Shown piece by piece: positions 37,637 through 47,152 of a DNA stretch of 64,000 nt. The DNA is taken from the NCBI GenBank assembly GCA_902574685.1, contig CACGOO010000002.1, positions 1,909-65,908 on the forward strand. Reading direction: 5' to 3'. Made by a program: the position numbers and the translations under genes. The notes beneath the pieces were generated by a model. That model was not told the origin of the DNA. It was given only the letters and a program-made list of their open reading frames with translations, and searched no databases. Source of the stretch: an uncultured Pelagibacteraceae bacterium. GTDB lineage: Bacteria > Pseudomonadota > Alphaproteobacteria > Pelagibacterales > Pelagibacteraceae. The number at the start of each line of letters is the position of its first letter. Position 1 is the stretch's first letter.

Positions 37637-39169
37637 TTATGCTTCCGGGAAAATTATTTCAATTCTTGCCCCTTTATCTTTATTATTAGATGCGTTGATT
37701 TCACCACCATGAATTTCAACTAAATTTTTGACAATATTTAATCCCAAACCCGAATGTTCTCCAAAGTTTTCAGGTCTATTACTATAAAATCTATTAAATA
37801 TCTTATTTGTATCCTTTTCACTAAATCCAGATCCCTGATCAACGACAACTAATTTAATTTTGTCATTTTTATCTTTTGATATTTCAACGGTAATTTCTTG
37901 ATTATTTTCACTAAAAGAAATTGAGTTTTCTAATAAGTTTGCAATAATTTGTTCAATTCTATTTTCTATCCCTAAGATACTATAATTTTTAATTCCATTA
38001 GATTTCAATTTAATTCCAATCGATTTTTTTGTTTCATAGATACTGTTAAAATCGTCAACAACAGATTGAGCAATCTCTTTTAAATTTAATTTTTGCATTT
38101 TCTCAGAGGAAATTGCAGCCTCATCTCTTAGCATTTGAGAGTAATCAGTTATTAATCTTTCAATTCTCTCTACGTCATGTGATACTATATTAATTAATTT
38201 GTTTCTTTGAGATTTATCATTTGTTTCAGAAATTATCTCAGAGGCACTTTTTAGAGATGCTAAAGGATTTCTGATTTCATGCAAAAGATCTGTTGAATAA
38301 TTTTCTGCTGTAGTAATTCTTTTGTTTAATTCATTAGTCATTTCATCAAGAGAATTTGATAATTTTCCCAATTCGTCATTTCTTTTTTTTATATTTCCAA
38401 TATTGGTCTTTTCCTTACTTTTGTTTTTTATAATATTTGTATATTGAACCAAATTTTTAATTGGTTTTAAGAAGTATCTATTTAATACATATGAAAAAAT
38501 TAAAATTACTAATGCGACAAGCAAAGCAGTTCTGATTATAAAATTTCTTCTTTCATCTATTGCAACCTTTATTTCATTGGCATTTTCAGTAATAGCTAAA
38601 TAGCCTATTGTTTTGTTTTCACTGACTACATTTTTAACAGTTACTAATAAAAATTGATCATAGTTTTCTTTAGAGTAAGTTAACGGTTTTCCATAATCTG
38701 ATGAATATGAGTACTTTTTTAAATCTTCAAATATTTCTATACTTTCAAAGCTTTTATTACTCTCTTCCAAATTCTTATTTTGAATACTTTGATTATTTAA
38801 GTCGCTCATTTCAATTATGTTTAGACTTCTTGAGAAAGCATTTGGATCTAAGTCTAATGTGTCGGTATCTCCTAAGAGATTAAATTCACTATCAAATATC
38901 TGTACTCTATCTATACTTTGAAATAAAAATTTAGTGGAAAACAGAAACTCTCTAATTTCTCCAGATGAGAACTTTATTTTTAAACGATCAATATTTTCTG
39001 TTGTATTATCAATAATTTTTATGTGCGAGGCAGTTTTATTTTTAATGAGCGTAGGTTTTACTGTGTTAAGGTAAAATAATGTTAATACACCTATCACTAA
39101 AAAAACAATAAAGTTGATAACTAAGAATTTTTTTAAAATAGATTGATTATTAGATTTTGAAGTAGCCAT
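37637..39169 (-). CDS. chvG: Sensor histidine kinase ChvG/ExoS
   Basis: 2 TM helices, HAMP, HEIRNPLASL H-box, N-box and RFYSNRP..FGEHSGLGL; follows chvI. Confidence 0.9.
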   Translation of the reverse strand: MATSKSNNQSILKKFLVINFIVFLVIGVLTLFYLNTVKPTLIKNKTASHIKIIDNTTENIDRLKIKFSSGEIREFLFSTKFLFQSIDRVQIFDSEFNLLGDTDTLDLDPNAFSRSLNIIEMSDLNNQSIQNKNLEESNKSFESIEIFEDLKKYSYSSDYGKPLTYSKENYDQFLLVTVKNVVSENKTIGYLAITENANEIKVAIDERRNFIIRTALLVALVILIFSYVLNRYFLKPIKNLVQYTNIIKNKSKEKTNIGNIKKRNDELGKLSNSLDEMTNELNKRITTAENYSTDLLHEIRNPLASLKSASEIISETNDKSQRNKLINIVSHDVERIERLITDYSQMLRDEAAISSEKMQKLNLKEIAQSVVDDFNSIYETKKSIGIKLKSNGIKNYSILGIENRIEQIIANLLENSISFSENNQEITVEISKDKNDKIKLVVVDQGSGFSEKDTNKIFNRFYSNRPENFGEHSGLGLNIVKNLVEIHGGEINASNNKDKGARIEIIFPEA

Positions 39170-39867
39170 TATTTAACATTCCAACGATAACCACTACCAT
39201 ATCTGGTTTCTATCGCTGAAAAGTTATTATCTACTTTTTTAAACTTTTTTCTAATCCTTTTTACGTGACTATCTATTGTTCTATCTTCAATATCTGTGTC
39301 TTCTCTGTAAGCTACATCCATTAATTGAGATCTTTCTTTAATAATTCCAGGTCTTTTTGCTAATTCCTTTACAATTAAGAATTCTGTTGTTGTTAATTTA
39401 TCTGGTAATTGCTTGCCATCCCATTCACACTCTAGCTGTGAAGGGTCAAGTTTTAATTTTCCATGTGAAATTATATTTTTATTATCCTCTAAATTATTAT
39501 CTTTTTTTCTAAGTTGGACACGAATTCTTTCAATAAGAACTTTAGTTGAAAAGCCACCTGATTTTTTTACAAAATCATCAGCCCCTAGTTTTAGTCCTAA
39601 AAGCTCATCCACCTCTTCATCTTTTGAAGTTAAAAAGATAACAGGCATAGATGTTTTTTTTCTCAATTTTTTTAACAATTCTTCTCCATCCATTCTTGGC
39701 ATTTTAATATCTATAACTGCAAGGTCTGGGGGATTTCTTGACAAACCTATTAAGGCACTTTCTCCATCCAAATAAGTTTGAATATTAAAACCCTCTTTCT
39801 CTAGAGCAATACTTAAACTAGTTAATATATTTCTATCATCATCAACAAGAGCAATTGTTTGTTTCAT
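39169..39867 (-). CDS. chvI: Response regulator ChvI
   Basis: IALVDDDRNILTS, DIKMPRMDG, FLTSKDEE and DRTIDSHVKRIRKKF. Confidence 0.95.
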   Translation of the reverse strand: MKQTIALVDDDRNILTSLSIALEKEGFNIQTYLDGESALIGLSRNPPDLAVIDIKMPRMDGEELLKKLRKKTSMPVIFLTSKDEEVDELLGLKLGADDFVKKSGGFSTKVLIERIRVQLRKKDNNLEDNKNIISHGKLKLDPSQLECEWDGKQLPDKLTTTEFLIVKELAKRPGIIKERSQLMDVAYREDTDIEDRTIDSHVKRIRKKFKKVDNNFSAIETRYGSGYRWNVK

Positions 39868-39918
39868 GTTTAACTATAAAAATACTAAAATGTTTAAAAT
39901 TGGGCAATTAAATGTTTA

Positions 39919-42684
39919 TTAATGAAGCTCTCCCCAGTTATCACCTATGTTTACATCTACCGATAATGGTATTGAAAATGAATGCAAATCACTATCTTTC
40001 ACACTTGTCATAATATCTTTAATCTTTTTAGAAGCAGATTTAGTACCATTGTCAATTACCTCAAAAATCAATTCATCGTGAATTTGAAGCAACATATTAA
40101 ATTCATTTGTTTTTTTAGTATCAAGCTCATCGTTGATTCTAATCATAGCAAGTCGCATTATTTCTGATGCAGATCCTTGGATAGGTGCATTTATAGCTGC
40201 CCTTTCTTGAAAATTTCTAACATTAAAATTTTTGTCATTGATTCCTGGAATATGAGTTTTTCGACCAAAAATATTTCTTACATATCCACTTTTTCTACAG
40301 AATTTAATAGTGTTATTCATGTACTCTTTAATTTCTGGAAATTTAATAAAATATGAAGTTAGAAATTCTTCGGCTTCATTGTTTGATACACCAATTTGTT
40401 TGGCCAAACCGTATTGAGATATTCCATAAATTATTCCGAAATTAATAGCTTTCGCTTTTCTCCTCATATCAGCATCAATTTTTTTTATATCTGCACCAAA
40501 AACCTGGCTAGCGGTTAATGAGTGAATATCCTCATTATTTTTAAAAGCTTTTTTTAGTTCTTTTACATCAGCTAGATCAGCCAAAATTCTCATTTCGATC
40601 TGATTATAGTCTGCCGATATAAGTTTTTTATTTTTTTCTGATATGAAGGCTTTACGAATATCTTTGCCCTCCTCAGTTTTAATAGGAATATTTTGTAAAT
40701 TTGGATCACTAGATGCAAGTCTACCTGTTGTAGTTGCTGCTAACAGAAAAGATGTATGCACTCTTTTTGTAGTGGGATTTAAATGCTCTGGCAAAGAATC
40801 TGAATATGTATTTTTCAATTTACTAGATTGCCTCCATTCTAAAACCAATTTAGGAAATTCATTTCCTTTGTAAGCTAAATCCTCTAGAACGGCTGCACCA
40901 GTTGCAAAACTCCCTTTTTTAGTCTTTTTTAGCGATGCAATTTTAAGCTCATTATACATTATTTCACCCAACTGTTTAGTCGATGCAATATTAAATTTTT
41001 TTTTTGAAATTCTAAAAATTTGTTTTTCTAAATCTTGAAGTTTTTTTTCAAACTTAACAGATAATTTTTTAAGAAAATTATTATCCAATTTTATGCCATT
41101 GATTTCCATTGATGCTAAAATTTTAATTAAAGGTTTTTCAAAAATTTCATAAATATTTAGTAATTTTTCTGATTTAAGCGATTTCAAAAATATTTTATAT
41201 AAACGGTAAGTTATATCAGCATCTTCTGCCGCATAATCTTTAGCAATATTTAACTCCACTTGACTGAATTTAATTTCTTTTTTTCCAGATCCAACAAGAT
41301 CTTTATATTTAATTGTTTTGTGACCAAGATGAATATCTGAAAGGGTATCCATATTATGTCTATTTTTCCCAGCATCTAAAACGTATGACATCAACATTGT
41401 ATCTTCCATGCTTTGAATATCTATATCCCTTTTACGAAATATTATGTAATCGAATTTTATATTTTGCCCAATTTTTTTTAAACTTTTATCCTCTAAATAT
41501 GGTTTTAAAATTCTCAAAACATCTTTTTCATTTAGATTATTTTTATCAATATGACCTGTTGGAATGTAACAAGCTTTACCTATTTTGCTTGAAATTGAGA
41601 TACCAACTAAATTTGCCTGATGTGGGTCAAGAGAATCTGTTTCAGTATCAATAGAAAATTCACCAGCTTCTTCGGCTTCTTGCATCCAATCTTTTATTTC
41701 AGATAAATTTTTTATCAAAACATATTTATCTTTTGATATTTTAGATGTTTCTTTTTTGACTTCTATTTCATCACTAAATTTGGATTGACCATAAGTCGAA
41801 ATTGCCGAACTCAATAACCTATTAAATTCCATTTCTCTCAAAAAATTGTATAACTTGTCTACGTCTACCTTTTTTAGAGCAAAGTCAGTTAATTTGTCTT
41901 TCACCGGAACATCATTTTTTAATGTGACCAGTTTTTTACTTACAAGAGCCTTATCTTTATTTTCTAAAAGTGTTTCTCTTCTTTTATTCTGTTTTATTTT
42001 ATTTGCGTTTTTGAGAAGGTTTTCTAAATTTCCATATTCCTTAATTAATTCTGCTGCTGTTTTTACACCAATACCTGGAACGCCAGGTACATTGTCTGTA
42101 CTATCCCCTGCTAGTGATTGAACATCAATTACTTTATCCGGACCAACCCCAAATTTATTGATTACATCGTCATTAGATATAAATTTATTCTTCATTGGAT
42201 CGTATATACGAACTCTTTTTTTGAAAAGTTGCATTAAATCTTTGTCAGATGATACAATTGTAACCTTTGCACCTTCGTCTAATATTTGCTCTACATAGGT
42301 GGCTATCAAATCATCAGCCTCGTAATTTAACATTTCTATAGAGGGTAAATTGAATGCTAATACTGACTTTCTAATATAATCGAATTGTGGAATTAGATCA
42401 TCGGGAGCATCAGACCTGTTTCCTTTATAATCTGAATATATTTCGTTTCGAAAATTCTTTCTTGCAGAGTCAAAGATTACTGCAAAATGAGTTGGTTTTT
42501 CTAAATTTTCGCTAGATTTAGAGTCCTCTAATAATTTAAACAGCATGTTACAAAATCCACTTACTGCTCCTACTGGCAAACCATCACTTTTCCGTGTTAA
42601 TGGTGGCAATGCATAATAGGCTCTAAATATGTATCCAGACCCATCAATGAGATAGAAATGATCTGTTTTTTTAATTTTAACCAT
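39919..42684 (-). CDS. polA: DNA polymerase I
   Basis: 5'-3' exonuclease LIDGSGYIFRAYYA, 3'-5' exonuclease IDTET, and polymerase ADYNQIEMR, AKAINFGIIYG, QIHDEL. Confidence 0.98.
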   Translation of the reverse strand: MVKIKKTDHFYLIDGSGYIFRAYYALPPLTRKSDGLPVGAVSGFCNMLFKLLEDSKSSENLEKPTHFAVIFDSARKNFRNEIYSDYKGNRSDAPDDLIPQFDYIRKSVLAFNLPSIEMLNYEADDLIATYVEQILDEGAKVTIVSSDKDLMQLFKKRVRIYDPMKNKFISNDDVINKFGVGPDKVIDVQSLAGDSTDNVPGVPGIGVKTAAELIKEYGNLENLLKNANKIKQNKRRETLLENKDKALVSKKLVTLKNDVPVKDKLTDFALKKVDVDKLYNFLREMEFNRLLSSAISTYGQSKFSDEIEVKKETSKISKDKYVLIKNLSEIKDWMQEAEEAGEFSIDTETDSLDPHQANLVGISISSKIGKACYIPTGHIDKNNLNEKDVLRILKPYLEDKSLKKIGQNIKFDYIIFRKRDIDIQSMEDTMLMSYVLDAGKNRHNMDTLSDIHLGHKTIKYKDLVGSGKKEIKFSQVELNIAKDYAAEDADITYRLYKIFLKSLKSEKLLNIYEIFEKPLIKILASMEINGIKLDNNFLKKLSVKFEKKLQDLEKQIFRISKKKFNIASTKQLGEIMYNELKIASLKKTKKGSFATGAAVLEDLAYKGNEFPKLVLEWRQSSKLKNTYSDSLPEHLNPTTKRVHTSFLLAATTTGRLASSDPNLQNIPIKTEEGKDIRKAFISEKNKKLISADYNQIEMRILADLADVKELKKAFKNNEDIHSLTASQVFGADIKKIDADMRRKAKAINFGIIYGISQYGLAKQIGVSNNEAEEFLTSYFIKFPEIKEYMNNTIKFCRKSGYVRNIFGRKTHIPGINDKNFNVRNFQERAAINAPIQGSASEIMRLAMIRINDELDTKKTNEFNMLLQIHDELIFEVIDNGTKSASKKIKDIMTSVKDSDLHSFSIPLSVDVNIGDNWGELH

Positions 42685-42784
42685 AATTTAATTTATAATA
42701 TATTGACGTATTATAGTAAGAATAAAACATCCTGTTAATAAATATTAGTGGATTAAACTTTATTAAAATAGTAATTTAAAGCTA

Positions 42785-43336
42785 ATGGAATTAGTAAATT
42801 CAATTTCTAATAATAAAATAATTAAAATCATAATATTTGCATTAATAGGTTCTATTTTATTGACAATATCTGCAAAAATTAAAATACCTTTTTATCCAGT
42901 TCCAATGACTATGCAAACATTTATAGTTTTGTTTTTAGGAATTTCTTTTGGATATAAAGTCGGGGTACTTTCAGTAGTTTTTTATTTGATAGAAGGAATT
43001 ATAGGATTACCGGTATTTTCTAACTCACCAGAGAAAGGAATAGGATTAGCTTATTTTGTTGGTCCCACAATGGGATATTTAATAGGTTTTATATTTGCAT
43101 GTCTGATAGCAGGCATATTTAGATACGATAAAAACCATATATTAAATTTTTTAAAAATTATAATTGCAACATCAGTAATATATATTTTGGGTATTTTGTG
43201 GCTTGGAAATTTAATCGGTTGGGATAAACCAATATTAGAATTTGGTGTTTACCCATTTCTTTATGCTGAATTATTTAAGATATTATTACTAACGGCTTTA
43301 GTTAATAAAATTATTAAACTTAGAAAATATATTTAG
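42785..43336 (+). CDS. bioY: Biotin transporter BioY (solitary ECF S component)
   Basis: PVPMTMQT, GLPVF and GPTMGYLIGF. Confidence 0.93.
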   Translation: MELVNSISNNKIIKIIIFALIGSILLTISAKIKIPFYPVPMTMQTFIVLFLGISFGYKVGVLSVVFYLIEGIIGLPVFSNSPEKGIGLAYFVGPTMGYLIGFIFACLIAGIFRYDKNHILNFLKIIIATSVIYILGILWLGNLIGWDKPILEFGVYPFLYAELFKILLLTALVNKIIKLRKYI

Positions 43337-43338
43337 AA

Positions 43339-43902
43339 TTACCTTGGAGATCTTTTTGATAAAATTCTTTGAAGTGTTCTTCGATGCATTTTAAGTCTTC
43401 TTGCAGTCTCAGATACATTTCTGTTACATAATTCAAAAACTCTGTGAATATGTTCCCATTTAACTCTATCAGCGGACATTGGATTTTCTGGTGGAGCAGC
43501 TTTTTTATTTGGATCAGCTAAAAGTGCTTTTTCTACGTCATCTGCATCTGCTGGTTTAGCTAAATAATCTATTGCACCTTCTTTAATGGCTGCTACTGCA
43601 GTTGGTATATTTCCATAACCAGTAAGCATCACTATTCTGCTCTCTGAGTTATTTTTCTGGATTTCTTTTACAACTTCTAGTCCGTTTCCATCATTTAGTC
43701 TCAAGTCAACAACTGCGAAAGCAGGTTTTTTTGATTTCACAGACTCAATTCCAATTTTTACACCCTCTGCTTGTGAAACAGAAAAGCCCTTTTTTTCCAT
43801 TGCTCGAGCTAGTCTTTCTCTAAAAGGGTTATCATCATCTACTATAAGTAGAGATTTATCCTCAAATTCTGTTATTTTTTTTAATACTTCTGATTCTGGC
43901 AT
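43339..43902 (-). CDS. regA: Redox response regulator RegA/PrrA/ActR
   Basis: VVDLRL, LTGYGNIPTAVAA and PMSADRVKWEHIHRVFELCNRNVSETARRLKMHRRTLQRIL. Confidence 0.96.
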   Translation of the reverse strand: MPESEVLKKITEFEDKSLLIVDDDNPFRERLARAMEKKGFSVSQAEGVKIGIESVKSKKPAFAVVDLRLNDGNGLEVVKEIQKNNSESRIVMLTGYGNIPTAVAAIKEGAIDYLAKPADADDVEKALLADPNKKAAPPENPMSADRVKWEHIHRVFELCNRNVSETARRLKMHRRTLQRILSKRSPR

Positions 43903-43909
43903 GGCCCTT

Positions 43910-43937
43910 ATATGGAAACATTCTAAATTATTTCAAG
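43910..43937 (-). promoter_or_regulatory. Sigma32-type promoter upstream of regA
   Basis: Minus strand CTTGAA-N16-CCATAT, then 7 nt to the ATG; same boxes and spacing as the ibpA promoter. Confidence 0.6.
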
Positions 43938-43950
43938 GGTACATTTTTAC

Positions 43951-43979
43951 TTTACATTGGCTCATTTTCAGCATAAATG
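43951..43979 (+). promoter_or_regulatory. Putative sigma70 promoter of the polyamine operon
   Basis: TTTACA-N17-TAAATG. Confidence 0.4.
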
Positions 43980-44047
43980 CTCGTTTTATATAAACTTGCA
44001 TAGCAGTTATGCCGGTTTTTTTTGTTAAATTTTTTTTGGAGCTTTAA

Positions 44048-45227
44048 ATGCAAAAATTTAAATCAGTTGATAAATTGGTAAATCAACTGAAACCAACAGA
44101 ACCTGTTTATTGTATTAGAAGAGATTCTATAAACATAGCTTCTAAATTTTTTCAGAATAAATTTCCTGGTAAAATCCTATATGCAGTTAAAACTAACCCG
44201 CATCCATTAGTATTAAAAACTATCGTGGAAAGTGGAATTAATGATTTTGATATCGCTTCAATTAAAGAAGTTGAGGCAATTAGAAGTGTTAGCCCAGATG
44301 CAAAATGCTCCTACATGCATACTGTAAAAAGCAAGGAAAGTATAAACGAAGCATATTTCAAATATAATATTAAGACTTTTTCAATAGATACAAAAGATGA
44401 ATTAATAAAAATTCTTAATAGTACTAATCAAGCTAAGGATTTAGAGTTATTTGTGAGAGTTGCAGTTTCTAATGAACACGCAGAAATAGATTTATCTAAA
44501 AAAATTTGGCGCACAAACTTCTGAAGCAATAGGGCTTTATAGATTAACAAAACAGTATGCAAAAAAAATAGGATTAAGTTTTCATGTGGGTTCGCAATGT
44601 ATGCATCCAATATCCTATTCAAAAGGGATTAATGAAATTAAATATATAATAAAAAAAACAAAAATAGTTCCAGATGTTATAAATATAGGTGGAGGATTTC
44701 CAACAATCTATCCTGACTTAGTTCCTCAATCATTAGACTCTTATTTTGAGGAAATAAAAAATTCATTAAATAAATTAAAATTAGAAAAAAAACCAGAAAT
44801 TATATGTGAGCCAGGTCGAGCAATTGTTGCAGAAAGTGGTTCGACAATTGTGAGAGTAAACTTAAGAAAAAAACAAAAGCTATATATCAATGATGGAACA
44901 TACGGAACTTTATTTGATGCAGGTGTGCCTAATATAGTTTATCCATCAAGGATAATTACAAGTGGAAGAATTATATCAAAAAAATTGACTTCATTTGATT
45001 TTTATGGACCAACATGTGATAGCATGGATTATATGAAGGGACCTTTTATTCTACCTAATAATATTAAAGAAGGTGATTACATTGAATTAGGTCAATTAGG
45101 AGCATACGGATTGACATTTAGAACTCAATTTAATGGATATTATTCTGATAGTATTTACGAAGTATGTGATGATCCAATAATGACGATGTATGACAAAGAA
45201 ACAAATAAAGAGTTTCTTGTTGCATAA
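44048..45227 (+). CDS. Fold-III PLP-dependent ornithine/arginine/lysine decarboxylase, split by a +1 frameshift at A7 (44498-44504); may be a sequencing error, a pseudogene or recoding
   Basis: YAVKTN PLP lysine in ORF 44048-44524; FHVGSQ, NIGGGF, EPGR, GPTCDS and GAY in the next frame. Removing one A restores LSKKFGAQTSEA and a single 392-aa protein. Confidence 0.9.
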
Positions 45228-46267
45228 TGTCAGATACAAAAAATCTTAATCATAACAGAAAAAAAAACTTTTTAAGTAAAGAGGTTGAGCATATTGATAT
45301 TACATCTTTTGACTCTAGAAAAATTATATCTTCTATGGAAAAAATGTCTTTTGTTTCAAGAGAAACTGCTAATGCATCCAAGATATATAATGAAATGCTT
45401 AAAGATAAAGATTGTACAATATTCTTAACTCTTGCAGGGTCTACTTCTGCTGCTGGATGTATGCATATTTATAGAGATATGGTTAAATACAACATGGTGG
45501 ATGCAATTGTAGCAACTGGAGCATCTATAATAGATATGGATTTTTTTGAAGCGCTTGGATTTAAACATTACCAAGGATCACAATATCAAAATGATAATGA
45601 ACTTAGAGACAATTATATAGATAGGATTTATGATACTTACATCGATGAAGAGGAGCTCCAGGTTTGTGATAAAACAATAGGAGAAATAGCAGACAAACTT
45701 GAGCCGAAGTCTTACACATCGAGAGAATTTATTAAAGAGATTGGCAAATATCTAAAAACTAATTCTAAAAAGAAAGGTTCTTTAATTGAAACAGCTTTTG
45801 ATAAAGATGTACCTATATTCTGTCCTGCATTTACAGACTCAAGTGCAGGTTTTGGATTAGTCATGCATCAAGACAGAAATCCAAAAAATCATATTACAAT
45901 AGATTCAATTAGAGAATTTAGAGAATTAACAGAGATTAAAATTAAATCTAAAGGGTCGGGATTATTCATGATTGGTGGTGGAGTTCCTAAAAACTTTATA
46001 CAAGACACGGTAATTTGTGCTGAACTTTTGGGAAAAAATGTAGATATGCACAAATATGCAATACAAATTACTGTTGCTGACTCAAGAGATGGAGCTTGCA
46101 GTAGTTCGACATTAAAAGAAGCAAGTTCATGGGGTAAGGTTGATACTACCAAAGAACAAATGGTATTTGCTGAAGCTACCAGTGTTTTACCATTAATAGC
46201 AAGTGACGCCTATCATAATGGAGAATGGAAAAATAGAGAGAGAAAAAACTTTTCCAAAATATTTTGA
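45227..46267 (+). CDS. Deoxyhypusine-synthase-like protein (SpeY-type, homospermidine pathway candidate)
   Basis: IDRIYD, PAFTDSSAG, IGGGVPKNF and DGACSSSTLKEASSWGK (catalytic Lys). Confidence 0.9.
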   Translation: MSDTKNLNHNRKKNFLSKEVEHIDITSFDSRKIISSMEKMSFVSRETANASKIYNEMLKDKDCTIFLTLAGSTSAAGCMHIYRDMVKYNMVDAIVATGASIIDMDFFEALGFKHYQGSQYQNDNELRDNYIDRIYDTYIDEEELQVCDKTIGEIADKLEPKSYTSREFIKEIGKYLKTNSKKKGSLIETAFDKDVPIFCPAFTDSSAGFGLVMHQDRNPKNHITIDSIREFRELTEIKIKSKGSGLFMIGGGVPKNFIQDTVICAELLGKNVDMHKYAIQITVADSRDGACSSSTLKEASSWGKVDTTKEQMVFAEATSVLPLIASDAYHNGEWKNRERKNFSKIF

Positions 46268-46270
46268 TAG

Positions 46271-47152
46271 ATGATCAAAAAAGTAAAAATTGGAATTATT
46301 CAAAGTAAAGTTTCAGATAATATTCAAAAAAATATAAATTCTGCTATTAAAAATATAAAAAAAGCAGCATCAAAAAAAGCTAAAATAATTTGTGTACCAG
46401 AACTATTTTTATCAAATTATTTTTGTCAAACAGAAAGTCATTCCAACTTTAAGCTAGCGGAAAAAATACCTGGCAGAACTACAAAAATATTTTGTGAATT
46501 AGCCAAAGATTTACAAATAGTATTAATGATTTCATTATTTGAAAAAAAAACACATGGTTTCTATCATAATACTAGTATCGTTATTAGCGAGAAAGGTAAA
46601 ATTTTATCGAAATATAGAAAAATGCATATACCAGATGATCCTGGTTATTATGAAAAATTTTATTTTACTCCTGGAGATCTAGGTTTTAAATCTGTTAGAA
46701 CAAAATTTGGTAAAATTGGACCTTTAATTTGTTGGGATCAATGGTTTCCGGAAGCTGCAAGATTGACTGCACTTAAAGGTGCACAAATAATTTTTTACCC
46801 TACTGCTATTGGATGGCATCCTAAAGAGAAAAAAAAATTTGGAAAATCTCAACTAGATTCTTGGATAACAATGCAAAAATCTCATGCAATCGCAAATGGT
46901 ACTTATGTGGTTGCTATAAATAGAGTTGGAACAGAAAAAAAAGGTAATAAGAAAATAGAATTCTGGGGAAACTCAATGATCATAGATCCTAGTGGGCAAA
47001 TAATTGGAAAACTTGGGAATAAAAAAGAAGAAATTTTAATTCGTGAAATAAACTATAAAAAAATTGATTCAGCCAGAGAGCATTGGCCTTTTTTAAGAGA
47101 TAGAAGAATCGATTTTTATAAAGGCATACTAAAAAATCCTGCAGATGAATGA
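46271..47152 (+). CDS. aguB: N-carbamoylputrescine amidase (nitrilase family)
   Basis: Triad PELF / YRKMHIPDDPGYYEKFYF / ICWDQWFPEAAR; YPTAIG; WPFLRDRR. Confidence 0.92.
   Translation: MIKKVKIGIIQSKVSDNIQKNINSAIKNIKKAASKKAKIICVPELFLSNYFCQTESHSNFKLAEKIPGRTTKIFCELAKDLQIVLMISLFEKKTHGFYHNTSIVISEKGKILSKYRKMHIPDDPGYYEKFYFTPGDLGFKSVRTKFGKIGPLICWDQWFPEAARLTALKGAQIIFYPTAIGWHPKEKKKFGKSQLDSWITMQKSHAIANGTYVVAINRVGTEKKGNKKIEFWGNSMIIDPSGQIIGKLGNKKEEILIREINYKKIDSAREHWPFLRDRRIDFYKGILKNPADE

Noticed and set aside
43977-44003. uORF MLVLYKLA upstream of the decarboxylase
   Set aside because: Its ATG overlaps the predicted -10 box, so it is probably not transcribed; it has no Arg/Orn-sensing features.
44516-44526. 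AAC TTC TGA A as an antizyme-like (UCC UGA) or RF2-like +1 shift site
   Set aside because: Shifting at the stop would leave KIWRTNF in place of the conserved KFGA motif; homology places the break at the A7 run.
44586-45227. Independent 213-aa gene
   Set aside because: It begins inside the FHVGSQ motif of the TIM barrel and is the C-terminal half of the decarboxylase.
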